From the human T2T-CHM13v2.0 reference genome, Homo sapiens: a stretch of 64,000 nucleotides of DNA. The notes below the pieces were generated by a model. That model had not been told where the DNA came from and ran no database searches. It saw nothing but the letters and a program-made list of their open reading frames with translations. A program made the position numbers and the translations under genes. Location of the stretch: assembly GCF_009914755.1 (NCBI RefSeq), contig NC_060941.1; one strand, 5' to 3'. Of this stretch, positions 50,051 to 64,000 are shown piece by piece (positions within the stretch are counted from its first letter, which is position 1; each line of letters starts with the position of its first letter).

Positions 50051-53000
50051 TCAGGCGTTCAGGAACGCGAAAGCTGACGGCTCTGAGCCAGGAGGCTCTT
50101 TGGCTGCTGTCCTCTGGGACGATGTTTGGGGGGCGCGGGGAGCATCAGGACAGGACTCTCCCGCAGCAGCCCCAGCCCCCACCAGGCGGGGACAGGCCAC
50201 CAGCTCCATGCCAGCAAACAAGGAGTCGCGGCTCCACGCACAGCTGCTGGGGCCTCTCTTTGGGCTGTCCGTGCCCCCCGGGATCCGTTCAGGTCTCCAC
50301 CGCCTGCTTTCTGCCAGTCTGGCCTCGGCCTCGCTGGGGTCTCCGGGGGCTGGAATGGGGGAGGCATCTGGGGGTGGGGTGGGCACAGGGCTGGACGGCA
50401 TCCCAGATGAGGGAGCAGGGCTCCGGGACGAGACCGGGGTTGAACTCAGAGGCTGCAGGAAGACCTGGCTCCCAGGGAGAGGCACAGCGTCGGTCAGCAG
50501 GTCAGATGGGCCTGGGAGGGCGGCTGTGGGGCCAGGCTCAGCTGAGGTGCCCCGGGCAGGGGACAGCTGCCCACAGGAGGCCTCAAAGTGCCTCAGGATC
50601 TGAAAGAGGAAGGAGGAACCAGGGAGGTTCCTATGCAACCCTGGGAAATGTGGGGACCAGGGCCCGCTTCTCCCTAGGACCTCCTCAGTCCCTCCACCCA
50701 GAGGGCAGGGCCACCTCTGGGCAGGACACCGGCTGCTGGGAGGGGCTGGGGCAGTGCACCCAGTTGTCATCCCACCGAGAGCAGCTGCTGGGCTGGTGCT
50801 GGCGACACGGGGCAGGTGTCACATACACACCTCGAATCTTGCTCCTTTACTCACTACTAGACAAATGGACACCCTCCCCGTCATAACCCGCCAGGCACTG
50901 CCGGAGGGAGTGAACACGTGGCCTGGCACATCTGGGCATTTCCAACTGTTGGACGCAGGGTTCTTCCAGCATGCCCGTTTTAGAAACCCCACTATGAGGT
51001 TCGCCTGCGGTGGTGCGAACCCCAGGCTCACTCGTCGCTCTGACTGAAAGGTGAGCTAGCAGATGGCCAATGACAGTTAAGGATGACTTGGGGATGGGTG
51101 ACTGAGGACCTGTGTTTCCAGCAGCCAGGGAGAAAACAGGAAGAAAGAAGCTGGGAATGCCCACAGGCAGAGGGAAGGTGCCAGGGCCTGGCGGCCGGGA
51201 GAGGCCTCCCCGTGTGATTCCAGTGGCCGCCAGGCAGTTCAGAGTGTTCAAGTGCACAGAGATGAATGGAACCATTTCTGCCCTCCGGAGCTTGGGAGTT
51301 GAGCATGAGCTGTGTCATGGGTGGCAAACTGCATGTGCAGTCAGGGAGGGCTTCCTGGAAGAGGTAAGTGTGAGGCCAAGACACAAGGGCAGGAACATTA
51401 AGGCAGCGGAGTCTGGGGGCTTCCAGGAATAGGTAGAGGCCAGTGTACTGTGAGTGCTGCAGAGTTTGGGTGGAAGGCGGGAAGGCAATGGGGAGGTGAG
51501 GACCCTGACTTGCTGCTGCTCCCTCTGCCAGCGGGACAGGGACTTGAGAGGGGGTCCGGGAAGGGCTGACCAGGCGCCGGGCAGGGACGGGGTGGCCGTG
51601 GACTGCAGCGTATCTCCCACTGTACCCTTGGACCCCGGTGTGCGTGTGGCCTCCGCAGCTGCCCACCTTGGTGGCCTTGTTGGTCACAGGTCCCGGGCTG
51701 CCCATGCTGAGCTCCTGCAGCCACGGCCGGGTGCGGAGGAGGATGTGCTCCTGGGGGAGGAGGTCGCTGCTCCCCAGGGAGGCGATGGCACACAGCGCCC
51801 TCTGCGGGTGAAGGGAGGGGACATCAGCACCCATGGGGCAGCAGGTCCACGCCAGGGAGGCCTATTTGGCCATCTCTCTCCCTCTTCTTCCTCCTCATCA
51901 ATGACTGGAGTGCCAGGAGGCCCCAGAGACAGCTCCACCACAGCCCTGTCCTCACCGCCTTACACCCCGGATCCCAGACACCACAGCCCTGTCCTCACCA
52001 CCTTACACCCCCGCTCCCAGACACCAGAGCCCTGTCTTCACCGCCTTACACCCCAGCTCCCGGACACCAGAGCCATGTCCTCCCCGGCTCCTGGACAGAC
52101 CCCAGCGAGAAGCACGTGACCTGCTGCCCCGATTGCCTTACCTTCATTCCTCCGCACGCCCCCCGACACACGCACACACGTGTCCACACTTTCATGTGCA
52201 TGCACACACACACAGGCACATACATACACAACCACACACATGCAGTCATGTACACACACACACAGATGTGTGCATACCACACACGTGCACAAGTGTGTAC
52301 ACACCACACACATGCACGAGTGTGTACACACACAGGCATACATACACAGGCATACACACCCACACGCACACACACAGGCATGTGCGCACGCACAGCCACA
52401 CAGAGGAATGTTCACACACAGGTGTGCACACAGGCACACGTGCACACACACGCACACGCACACACACGCACACAGGCACATGCACACAGTCACGCCCTCC
52501 CGCCCGCGTGTGCAGCTCACCAGCTGCGTGCATTCACTGGTCCCACGCAGGTGGCAGGTCAGCAGCTGCAGCACGGCCTCACAGTTGAGCAGTCCACACC
52601 TGCACAGAGGGGACACCTGGGTGGCGGGTGCGGCCCGTTCCCTCCTCCCTCGCCCACGGTTGGGGCTGAGGCAGAGCAGGGCGGGTCCGGGCGCACTCAC
52701 GCTTTGATGAAGTGCTGTGCCTCCTCGCGGCTCAGGAAGGCGCGTGGTCCCCGAGTCACAGTCCTCACCAAGCTCAACTCCTGCTGACAGTCACTCAGGG
52801 CCACCACCTCGACCCTGCCAGGGGGAATGGCCGGGTCAAGGGTGAGTGGAGGCCATGCCCCCACTCCTGTCTCGCATGGGGGAGAACCTGGAGAGCAGGA
52901 GCCGCGCTGGGAGGGGGACAGTGTGGTGCCTCCGAGACCTCTCCCACATATCTGGCAGCTCCCGCTCACCTTTCTGCCAGGTCACCCGGCTCCCGGCTGG

Positions 53001-56000
53001 CCCCTGAATGGCTGTCGCTGCCGGAATGACTGCCCGAGTCCGAGACCCTGCTCAGGTCGCTGTTCTGGGAGGAATTCTGAGAGCTGGGGCCGCTGTCCAG
53101 CTCATCCCAGCCCCCTCCGGCCTGCCCAGGCTGATGCCTCACAGCTGGAGGAAACAGGACAGCCGGTGAGATCCCTGGGGCTTCAGGCCAGCCCCATGCC
53201 CACCTCCCGGGGCCCTGGACCAGGAGGCCTCGGGGGCTGAGTCCTGAGCTGAGGATGGGTGGCCACCTTGGCTCCAGCTTCAGCAAACACCAGCCCCATG
53301 GGCATGTGCTTCCGCCGCGGGTCCCACCCCTCCTGCTGTGTGGGAGGCCCTGGGATTTGCCTCCGTGGCCGCAAAGCCCCAGCGGTGACAGGAAGGAGTG
53401 ACCCAGACCCCAAGGGGAGGAGCCCTCGCCTCGATACCTCGGGGACCTGGAATGGCCCCGGGGAGTAGGTTCCCCAGGGTTGGGGGACCGTGGCTGGCTG
53501 AAGGCATCATGGCAGGCTGGTAGGTGTCACCCCGCGGCAGGAGCCTCCGGGTACTGGGACTCTCGGGCCCGGGGCGCATGGCGCTGGCCACCACCTCTGC
53601 GGCCTTCTGGATGGTGGAGAGGAAGGCTTCGCCTGCCGAGCCTGTACCCGAGGAGAGGGAGATGGGACGGCCGCCCAGTGCGGCCCCCACCCGCGTTCTC
53701 TGGGAGCAGGGTGCCCGCATCGGCTCCCTGCTCAAGCTTGGAGAGGTCGGGGTACATGCTGCAGGTAGGGAGGCCTCCTGGTGGGCCCCAGGCCCTCTGG
53801 AAGCTCCCAGTGGACTCCGCTTTGGCATTCCCACTCCCAGTGGGCCTGGACACCAAAGCTCACTGCAGAGTTATGCCTCCGTCCCTCTGTCCTCTGGGGG
53901 TGAAGGTGTCCTAAGGGGCTTGGGCTTGGCCTTGGCTCAGGGAGGGTGTGTCCAGGGCTCGGGGAGGGGCCGGCCTTTCCTGTGTGAGTTCCCTGTAGAA
54001 GCTGCCCCAACACCAAAGTGTCGGCAGGAGCCCCAGGCTGTGCGCAGGACGGCGTGACACAGCCTAACGGTGAGCAGCTACACACCGCCCAGGGCCCGGC
54101 AGCAGGGCACAGCTGGGCTGGGGGCTGGGTCCCAGCCGCAGGCAGTGGTGCCACCTGTGGCTCTCCTGGCGCTGGTGAGCAGTTGTCCACTGGTACTGCC
54201 CCACCTCATAACAGCTCCACACGGGACTGCCTGAGTCACCTGCACCACAGCCAGGGGCACAGCCCTCGGCCCCTCTCAGAGTGGGACTCACCCCTGCCAC
54301 GGGGCCCAGCCCTGACTTCTTGCTCGGCCTGGTTTCTCTCATCTGTCCATAAAGCAGCCCTGGCCACACCTGCCCCACCCCCACGTCAGCAGCCAGAGAG
54401 AGACAGTGGGGACAGCCCCAGGAAGGGTTGAGGCCATGTAGGGGAGGGGACGGGGGACAGCAGCTACTAGATGGGGCGGCATGGTCCGGCCCCCACCACC
54501 TCCTCATCCCCACACCCTGAGATGCCAGAGCCCATGCAGGCCCTCCCCACTCACCCGTGCGGCCGTGTTCCTTGCTGTAGCCGAAACCCTGGAGGGTGCT
54601 GTGCGGCCTGGCCTGGGAGCCCATGCCTGCAGAGGGTCCTCCGTTAGCAGCAAGCCGGCCCCCACCCTCGGCCCTGCCCACGGATGGCACAGACACCCAG
54701 GACACTCAAGGAGGCAGAAACCAGGTGCCAGAGCTGGACACGGTCCCCTCAGTCACCTACCTGTGGCAGGCGGGGTCCCCAGAGGCTGGGAGGGAGCCAG
54801 CGGCAACACGGTGTCCGAGAACAGGGTGCTCCCCAAGTCCTACAGGGGGAGGCGAAGGCCCTCAGTGTCCTCACACCAGGGCCTGCTGTACTCACCCTGC
54901 CACCCATATCAGCTCCGTTCTGTCCCCCGGACACTTCTCCTGAGCCACTCAGCTGGACACAGGCTCTGTGTCCACCAGCAAGGAGCAGAGGCAGGGGTCC
55001 CGGATGGGAGAACTGCAAACCCCCCAGCTGACATCCTGGCCCCAATCCCACCCCTCTACAGGAGGAGGGGCACCCCGCAGAGCGACACTGCTCCTGGGCT
55101 CACCTGCGCGGCCGCGCGAACCTTCTGGTACAAGCTGTTCCCGTGCAGAGGATCTGGGGGCCCTGCAAAAGCTGCAGAACAGAAAAGGCAAGTCGGGGGC
55201 AGGGCTGAGCCTGGCACCGCTGCTCCCTGTGGAGCACGGTGCCCTGGGCCCACTCCAGGGTGGCAAGTTCCTGCCACCAAGGCCCTTCTGTCACAGCCAA
55301 TGGGATGCCCTCCTCCAGGACCCTGCAGAGGCCACACCTGAGCAGACCCTCAGCTCCCCCTCACCCATGCCCCACAGAGGCGAGACTCTCTCCACAGCAA
55401 CCACCTCGTCTCCCCCAGGGTCGGCAACCCCTGGTGCCTGAGCGGGTGTGGCCTCCCCGAAGCCCACTCTCCCTGCCCCAGGTGCACCAGGGACCCCTCA
55501 GAGGCTTCCGGGGCCTGGAGGGAGAAACCAGCGTTCTTATCACAGCCTGAAAGCTCCACCTAGCCCCACCCAACCCCAGTCTCAGCCGCCTCGAGCTCCC
55601 CTGCTCTGAGAGTTCCTGTCATGATGAACTGGGGCTTCTTTCCTTAAATCTTCCGGCCCCAGGGCCCCCCAAGCCTACACCTGGGGCCGCGGCATCCTTT
55701 CAGGGCTCAGGCTGAGAGCTGTGCCTCTGAGAACCCCTCGAGAGCCTCTGTCACAGGCGAATCCACTCACGCCCCTCGGCCGTCTACCTCCACCCTGGCA
55801 GGCTGGTCCCGTGATTCGGAGACGATGCTCCTGGCTGTCCCTGGGCCCAGGGCTGGCGGCCACAAGCTGAGTCAATGGCTGGATGAACTGACACCCTGAG
55901 GCTGCCATCTTCCCTGCAGGAGCCCAGGGCACCCACCTGCCACCCCACGCTGCCCCTGCTCTGTGACAGAGCAGGAGCATCACCATCTTGGACAAGCCCC

Positions 56001-59000
56001 TCATTCTAAAGTTCACCTTAACCAAAAACTGCCTAAATCCATAGGGCATCAGCCTAATGGCTAAGGTCAGCACGACCATGAACCACAAATAACATCTCCA
56101 ACCAGAAACATTCCAAACTCCTCCCCAACCAGAGACATGCTAGCCCCAAGATAACCCTTCTCCAGCCGGGAAGATGCCAGCTTCGAGAAAACCCACCTCC
56201 AGGCTGAAAAGATGCCTGCCCCAAGATAACCTTCCCTCCTTCCAACCCTGCCATAAACTTCTCCACACACATAAACATTCCGAGCTTCTGATAAGCCCTC
56301 TCATCCTAAAACCAACATTCAGTCTGTAAGATAAAGTGCTCCTGACCGCAATCGGCTGGGGGTGCCTCTCAGGTTTTAACTAAAGAAAATCTGTCTGTAA
56401 CTGCCAGCTGCGTTTTCTTTCCTCTTTCTGACGCTCTGCGCGCGTGGGGCAGGCCATCCTCACTGCACACCCACCACCTGGAGCAGGGCGCCCCGTCTCT
56501 CACGTGTGGCATCTGGCACCCACTTTCCTCACAGGGCCTGTCCTGACACCTCCCACAGCCTGTGTGTCACCCAGGGCCAGTGTCCAGGCACGGCAGGCAA
56601 CAGCCATCATCCATAGCTGCCTCTGCACAGGAGAGACTCTGGTGCCGACAAGAACCCAGGGTCTGAAGAAGAGCCTTTCCCATCCTCAGGTCCTGCTGTG
56701 CCCCATCCCCCTACCTGCTGCAGCCCCCACCCCAGGGCGTGTCCCCGAGACCACTGAGGCCACGACGTACATGCACCAACCACAGCCACGGGAGTGGCCT
56801 GGAGCCCGGGGCCCTCTGGCCCGCTGAATGGTGAGGATAAATGGCTGGTGCTGCCTTGGCCCCAAAGCTGTGAGGAGCTCTGTGAGGATGGCGAGAGCAC
56901 CCCCGCACTGCCGTCCCCTCAGGGGCATCTACTGCCTAAGTCATGTGTCACAACTGTCTATGGCGGCCCAGGGCACTGGCCCCTGCGGAACACCTAGAGC
57001 TGCATGCCCACTTGCCATAAAGTGGGACAACACTGGTTTCGACACCGGTTTTGGGGTGAGCCCAGTGGATGGTACACCCTGAGGTCTCCACAAGCAAGCA
57101 GTGGCACGAGACAGACTCAGTCTCCCTCCCCAGAATTCCCCACTCAGGGGCTGGGGTGGGGTCCAGACATGGTGCGCCCAGTGACCACCTGGAGCCAGGC
57201 CTCCCTCCACCCCATGGAAGATCTCAGGCCAAGCCCCCACAAGTCCTCATTAGGCAGAGGCACATGGGACTGCCCCCAAGCCTGCGGGGACAGCTCCCCC
57301 AGACCCATCTTCTGCCTGGACAGACCGACTGGCCGGGGCCCCGCCTCTCCTGCCTCCCAGCTCCGCCCTCCCATGGCCTCACTCTGTCTTGGGCTCCGAG
57401 GAGCAGCCCCAGAAGGGGAACCCACAGCCTGGGAAGGATGTGTGAACAGGCACTGAGTCTGCTATGTGTGGGCACTGGGATGGAGGGGGAAGACCCGTGG
57501 GGCACACAGAGAAACAAACTGGCACCCGGGGCAGCAAGCGCAGGGACAGACGCAGCCAAAGGCCCAGGGACGCATAGGAGGCACGGAGGACCCAGCGGAG
57601 GGAGGGGGCAGGGCGCGTCAGGGGAGGCCGAGCCGGCCAGCTGGGGTGAGGGTGGGCAGCAGGTGGAGAGGCCAGAGATGGGCCAGGATCAGCAAGGCGG
57701 GGCTTTGATCGGGACCCGGCCCAGGTGAGGGCTCTGGCTGAAGTCTTCCTTCTCAAACCTGGAGGATCCGCCACCCTCCCCCATTCTCCAAAGCCCTGGC
57801 TCTTCCTGAGCGCGTGCGCGGCCCCTGTACCTGCAGCTTCCTGGATGAAGGCAGAGTTGCGTTTGAGGATGAGCAGGAAGAAGGAGGAGCCGTGGCTGCA
57901 CAGATAGAGCAGGATCTTCAGCACCTGGGGAGTGGGGCGGTCAGCAGTGCTGGGCAGGCCGGACACGGGACACCCAGGGCAGGGCCCGGGGGCACCCCAA
58001 GGGCACAGAGCTGCCTGCCACCCTGGGCCGCTCGTCTGCTCCTCCATCCTCACCACCGTGGGCCGGGCCTCAGGCCTGACCCTTGACCACCCAGGGGCTC
58101 ACCTTGAGCTTCCCGTGGCCGGAGCTGCTGTGCAGGCGGCTCAGGAGGTACTCCAGCAGGCACTGGCTGCTGCCCGGAGACTCGTGGGAGATTTCTGCGG
58201 CACGCTCGGGTTAGGGAAGGGCGAGATGATGAGGGCTGCGCCAGGCCGCAGGGAGACCAGGCCATGGGGCCTCTCAGTTCACGCTCCCTGGAGGCGCCTA
58301 CTGGAGGCTCTGCCATCAGGAGCACCTGGGCTTCTAGGGTCCCCTGTGTCATCAGTATTGCAGCCTTCAGACCCCACCCATGCCTGGTTACAATAATAAA
58401 GGAGCCGTGCATCCCCCTAGGGACAGCAGAATCCCCAGGAACCCTTTGCACCACTCTGGGACCCTGCCATCCGCTCTTTCCACTACACGGGGACATCAAG
58501 GAAGGATACTAGCAATCTCTTCAAACAGGTAGCCCGGACACGGGACATCATCATCGGACGTCCCCTTCAGGAGAATCGGGAGCTGAAAGGGAACAAGAGC
58601 CCCTACCATGATGAGGTGCCATTTCCCACAGGGGTGAATCCGCAGCCCCCCAAAGGGGATGGAAACGACCCACCTCTCACTGTTGACATGGCCGGAGAGA
58701 GGACTGGGAAGGGATGAGAACTGTGCTACTGGCCACAGGGAGGCTGCAGCAGGGTCCTCTCTCAACAGTCAGGGATGAACAGCCTCGGAGAAGAGGCAAA
58801 TCAATGGTGGTTCTCCACGGAGGAGCTGCGCCACTTGGGTTAAGAAGGGACACAGCCCCCAGCCTCCCTGCACTTACCAGCATGTAAGGCTATTTGAAGG
58901 TACCTCTCCTGTACCTACCTACTGACTAGCAAAGCCAAACAAGGCCCAGGCAAGCCCCTTTTCCACACAGGGGACTATGAATCGTTCCACCTCCCCAGAG

Positions 59001-60156
59001 GCCGGAATGGCAGAGTGACAGCCGCTCAGCGTGACTAGCTCCATCGCTCCCCGAGAACCGACTGATGTCGTGTGTTTTACGTTCGCTTAGCGCAGACGTA
59101 CTTATTTGTTTCATGCTTACTTACTGGCACAAAGATGTACGGTTTATAGGGATGAAAACTGGAACCACCCATTCTTGCATTATTCAGTATCAGGACAGAA
59201 TAGAGTTCAAGAGTATTTAACAGGACAAGCATGGGACCCACCGCGTGAGGTGCCGAAGCCTTTCGGTCGGAAGGGCCGAGATCTAGTGACAACATACGAA
59301 AACGTGGACCTGAAGTGTTTCCCGAGGCTGTGGACACGCATCACTGACACTGTTTGCCCACCACGCCCTAAGGGGAGCTGCTGAGGTTTGCAGGTGACAG
59401 CTGACAACTGCAGAACGCAGCACAGAACGACTATGTCGAAACCTTGCACTGAGAGCCTTGACCAACCCTAGCGTGGCTTCTGGCAGCCCAAGGTCGCGCC
59501 CTGGGACCACCCAGCCCCCTCTGAGGTCCAGCCCAGGAAAGCTCAGGGCTGACAAAAGAGGGCAGTTTGCTCAGGACGACACCTGGGAACTCGCCCCGGC
59601 CTCTACTTCTCAGAGGGTTTACTAAGAGGGGCTTACAATGGTGCGTCCTTCTCTGTCCCTTCGAGACGTCTGTGTTCTCTGCAACCCAGGGGTGCCTCTC
59701 CAGGACCGGAGTCCTCTGAAACGCCACCGTCAGGGAGGACGGCGGGCTGCCAGCCCACCTGGGCGCCAGCAGCACGGACACAGCGGCTCCACGTCCACCG
59801 GGTCCGCCGCTCCTTCCCTCCCGTCGGAGGCCACTGAATGCTGGCCGAGGCCTGTTCGTTCCCCCAGGGTCTGGCTGTGCCCATCGCCCTTGCGCTCGGC
59901 GGGTCCGGCTTGGAAGGCCCGGCTTGGAAGGCCCCGGGACGGCGCGGCGGGCGGGCAGCTCAGGGGCGTCGGCGCGGGCGAAGGGGCCAGGAGCAGCTAC
60001 CCGGCGCGGAGACGCAAGGTCAATGGCTCCGGCCCGGGGCGAGTCCGGGGAATGCGGCGCTCGAGAGGAGCCGTGGGACCGGGGCCCGGGCGGACCGCCC
60101 TCACTCACCCGGTGTAGAAAGCTCAGGCGGTCCCGTAGCGGCGGCGCGGCAGCCAT
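50051..60156 (-). CDS. TEPSIN: AP-4 complex accessory subunit tepsin (ENTHD2), 593 aa. Exons: 60156-60109, 58582-58510, 58194-58103, 57924-57831, 55171-55104, 54839-54761, 54626-54555, 53641-53438, 53144-52970, 52814-52701, 52599-52521, 51801-51667, 50599-50051
   Basis: 13 exons sum to 1782 nt in frame. MAAAPPLRDRLSFLHRLPILLKGTSDDDVPCPGYLFEEIAKISHES... (ENTH domain); C-terminal AP-4 ear-binding motifs LFAGMELV and SAFAFLNA*. Confidence 0.96.
51930..52078. repeat. ~43-bp minisatellite, 3 copies
   Basis: cagccctgtcctcaccgccttacacccc...cccagacacca repeated. Confidence 0.8.
52165..52490. repeat. Degenerate (CA)n / (CACG/CATG) repeat in TEPSIN intron 11
   Basis: Alternating purine-pyrimidine tract. 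Confidence 0.9.
55964..56433 (+). mobile_element. Solo ERV1 LTR (MER61-like) in TEPSIN intron 4
   Basis: Starts TGACAGAGCAGGAGCATCACCATCTTGGACAAGC and ends ...TGACG; flanked by CTCTG at 55959-55963 and 56434-56438. Family assignment is from memory. Confidence 0.6.
58195..58509 (-). other. U12-type (minor spliceosome) GT-AG intron, TEPSIN intron 2
   Basis: 5'ss GTATCCTT; branch site TTCCCTAAC (58218-58210) 15-23 nt before the 3' junction; no polypyrimidine tract. Confidence 0.85.
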
Positions 60157-60486
60157 GATCCAGGTCCCCTCCCGGTCTGCCCCGCTTCCGCCAGGCCCGG
60201 GCCCTCCAATCACTGCGCGGGTCTGGGTCCGCCGGCCAATCCCTCACGGTAGGGCGGGCCCTGAGGTTGGCTTCGTAAACAATTGGAGCCTAGGCCAATC
60301 CGAAGTCCCAGAGCACAGACAGACTAGGACAAGAGCCAATTGCGGGGGCTCGAGGCCAGGCAAAGCCTGGCCAATTAAGAAGTTCAGGAAAGGTTATGGG
60401 CGGAAGCGCCGACCTATCAAGCTGTTTGACACCGGAAGAGGACGGACCTAAGATGGCGGCCTCCAGGGGGCTGGGAATAGCCGCTC

Positions 60487-62139
<1,653 letters not shown>

Positions 62140-63859
62140 GAGGGACTCTGAGCTTCACACCTGTCTGCTGCCATGGGTGCAGAGCCCTAGTCCTGATGGC
62201 CCCTGGTGGCACATATCGAATGCCTAGGGCAGAAAGGAAGTGGGAATGGCGAAGATGTGACATTCCTCGGTGTTAGATCCTGTTTTTTCTTAACAAGTTG
62301 AGGCGTGGGTAGAGCAGGAATTGGTTTTCCAGCATTGTGTCCGTAAACCTGAGTTAGAATAAGATGTAACGGAAGCCACGATAAAGACTCGGTCAAATCC
62401 TGCAGCCTGGGGCTTACTGTGTGCAGACTGCAACATGTGGGTCTTGGCCTCTCTGAGATGGAATGGGGCCCAGAGCCTTTCCCCCAAAGCTGGCAGGGCT
62501 GGGACTTGGGGACACCCTGCCTCAAGGTCCCCGTTTTAAAACACTCTCACTAAGGTATTTAATGTGAATCTGGTGAAGCCTGCAGACCTTGCTGTGGGTA
62601 TACAGCACACACCAAAGACAAGGACGTCAGCACCACGAGGGGACACTCCATGGGGCAGGGTCCTCGCAGGTGGCTTTCCTGGACACGGGGCAGGGCGGAG
62701 GCTCTTCACAAAAGGGCCTGAGTCTCCGAGAGGGGCCTGCGTAGAGCACCAGCAGCCAGTGCCCCTCCTGTGTGGGGTTGGTCGCCCCCTCGGCAGCCCA
62801 GGTACTTCACCGATGGCGCCTGCCCTCTCGTTCCCCCTCCCTATCACATCACTTGACCTAAAACTAAGGTGAGAAGGGCCACATCCTGACTCTGCCCGGG
62901 CACTTGTTGATGGTGAGACCCCGGAGTCCATGGGGCCTGAGCGCCACCTGCAGGGCGTGGCGGGGACTGCTTTGAGAGCCCCCCTGCTCCGGGGTGCAGA
63001 GGCTGCACTTTCCTGGGGCTGCAGCCTGCGCCTGCCCCCAGGCCCGTGCTAGCGGCTGACCCCGTGGGCTGAGGTCTGTTCCTCCATGTTTCCTCCTCCA
63101 GATGCTGCCCCAGAATTAACCTGGTTTCCCCTAAGGGTCTGATCTGGGTGGTGGGTCTGCAGGAGCCAGGCCAGAGTGCTGGATTTTGTCCCAAGGGCCA
63201 GGATAGTGTCACATCTTGGGAACCACGGAAATCCAGACCAGACTCCTGGGGTCAAGCCACCGCAGTCCATCCCTGTGCATGCCAGACTCAGATGCCCTGC
63301 GCTGGCACAAACCACCCGACCCGCCTCCCCAGCGTGCAGGGCCGGCTGCCCCCCACCCCTGCCTTCCTCCTTCTTGTGCCCAGCACTCATCCATGAGCGA
63401 GCCTCAGTGTGCAGACGTCCTTTTCTTAGCCCTGTCACGCCCTCTCCGTTCTCTGGCAGCTCATTGGCAGAGCTTCCTGCATCTTCTCCCTCCAAATCCA
63501 GCCTCCCATCCCACCCACAGACCTGTCTTGCCAGCACTCCCCCTCGCTGTCCTTCACCCTGTGTGTGAGGTGGTGACAGACCTGCCACTTCCTGTGGCCC
63601 AGCGTGGCCCACACCTCCAAACTCAGCTCTCAGGCCTCCGGGGTACACCCTCTTTTCTGCCACCCCAAATTTCCTTGCAAACCTCCCACCTTTGCTCTGC
63701 CCTTCCTCCCTGAGTGACTGGATTTCAGCACCACATCGATTGACAGCTCAGGAAGCTGGGCGGGTGGGGGGGGGGGAGGCGGGGGGGAGGGGGAGGGGAG
63801 GTTGTGGGGGTTCTGCTGTTTTCGCACCGCAGGGACAGTGTGGAGCTCTAACTGCTTCA

Positions 63860-64000
63860 GGTGCCCTTGGGCCGTCCCTGCTGCCCTAACAAAGCACCTG
63901 AGACTGGGTGATTTACAAAGAACGGCCTGATTTTTCACAGCTCTGCAGGCTGCGAAGCCCGAGATCCAGGCATTGGTACTGGTGTCTGGGGAGGGCCTTT
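63860..64000. mobile_element. MaLR LTR fragment (MST/MLT1-like), truncated by the window end
   Basis: gctgccctaacaaagcacctgagactgggtgatttac...tttttcacagctctg..ggctg..aagccc.agatc pattern. Confidence 0.6.

Noticed and set aside
49977-50886. + strand ORFs of 208 and 254 aa
   Set aside because: Antisense shadows of the GC-rich last TEPSIN exon.
53430-53437. TEPSIN exon-8 donor GTATCG resembling a U12 site
   Set aside because: Lacks the CCTT extension; the downstream acceptor has a normal pyrimidine tract and no U12 branch consensus.

Overview
GC-rich, Alu-dense human (or great-ape) genomic DNA. The gene order matches 17q25.3; this is recognised from the translated exons, and the assembly or haplotype cannot be determined here. 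Four spliced protein-coding genes were rebuilt exon by exon, each with GT-AG junctions and an intact frame. PVALEF (+, 4 coding exons, 134 aa) is a parvalbumin-like EF-hand protein. CEP131/AZI1 (-, 25 coding exons plus a non-coding exon 1, 1080/1083 aa) is a centriolar-satellite protein. TEPSIN/ENTHD2 (-, 13 exons, 593 aa) is an AP-4 accessory protein. NDUFAF8 (+, 3 exons, 74 aa) is a twin-CX9C complex I assembly factor that shares a bidirectional CpG-island promoter with TEPSIN. The rest is about 30 Alus, old L1 fragments, a solo LTR and many minisatellites or simple repeats. Almost all ORFs in the supplied track are spurious (GC-rich, Alu or repeat shadows). I found no convincing wholly new biological system. 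The best leads are RNA-level and regulatory: a U12-type intron in TEPSIN; a composite TATA/MEF2 element upstream of PVALEF, whose second EF loop has His at a Ca-ligand position; a strong-Kozak uORF overlapping the NDUFAF8 start; minisatellites that multiply 5' splice sites in CEP131; a perfect CpG-dense 35-bp VNTR; long UG tracts next to real or cryptic donors; and a twin-primed inverted L1.
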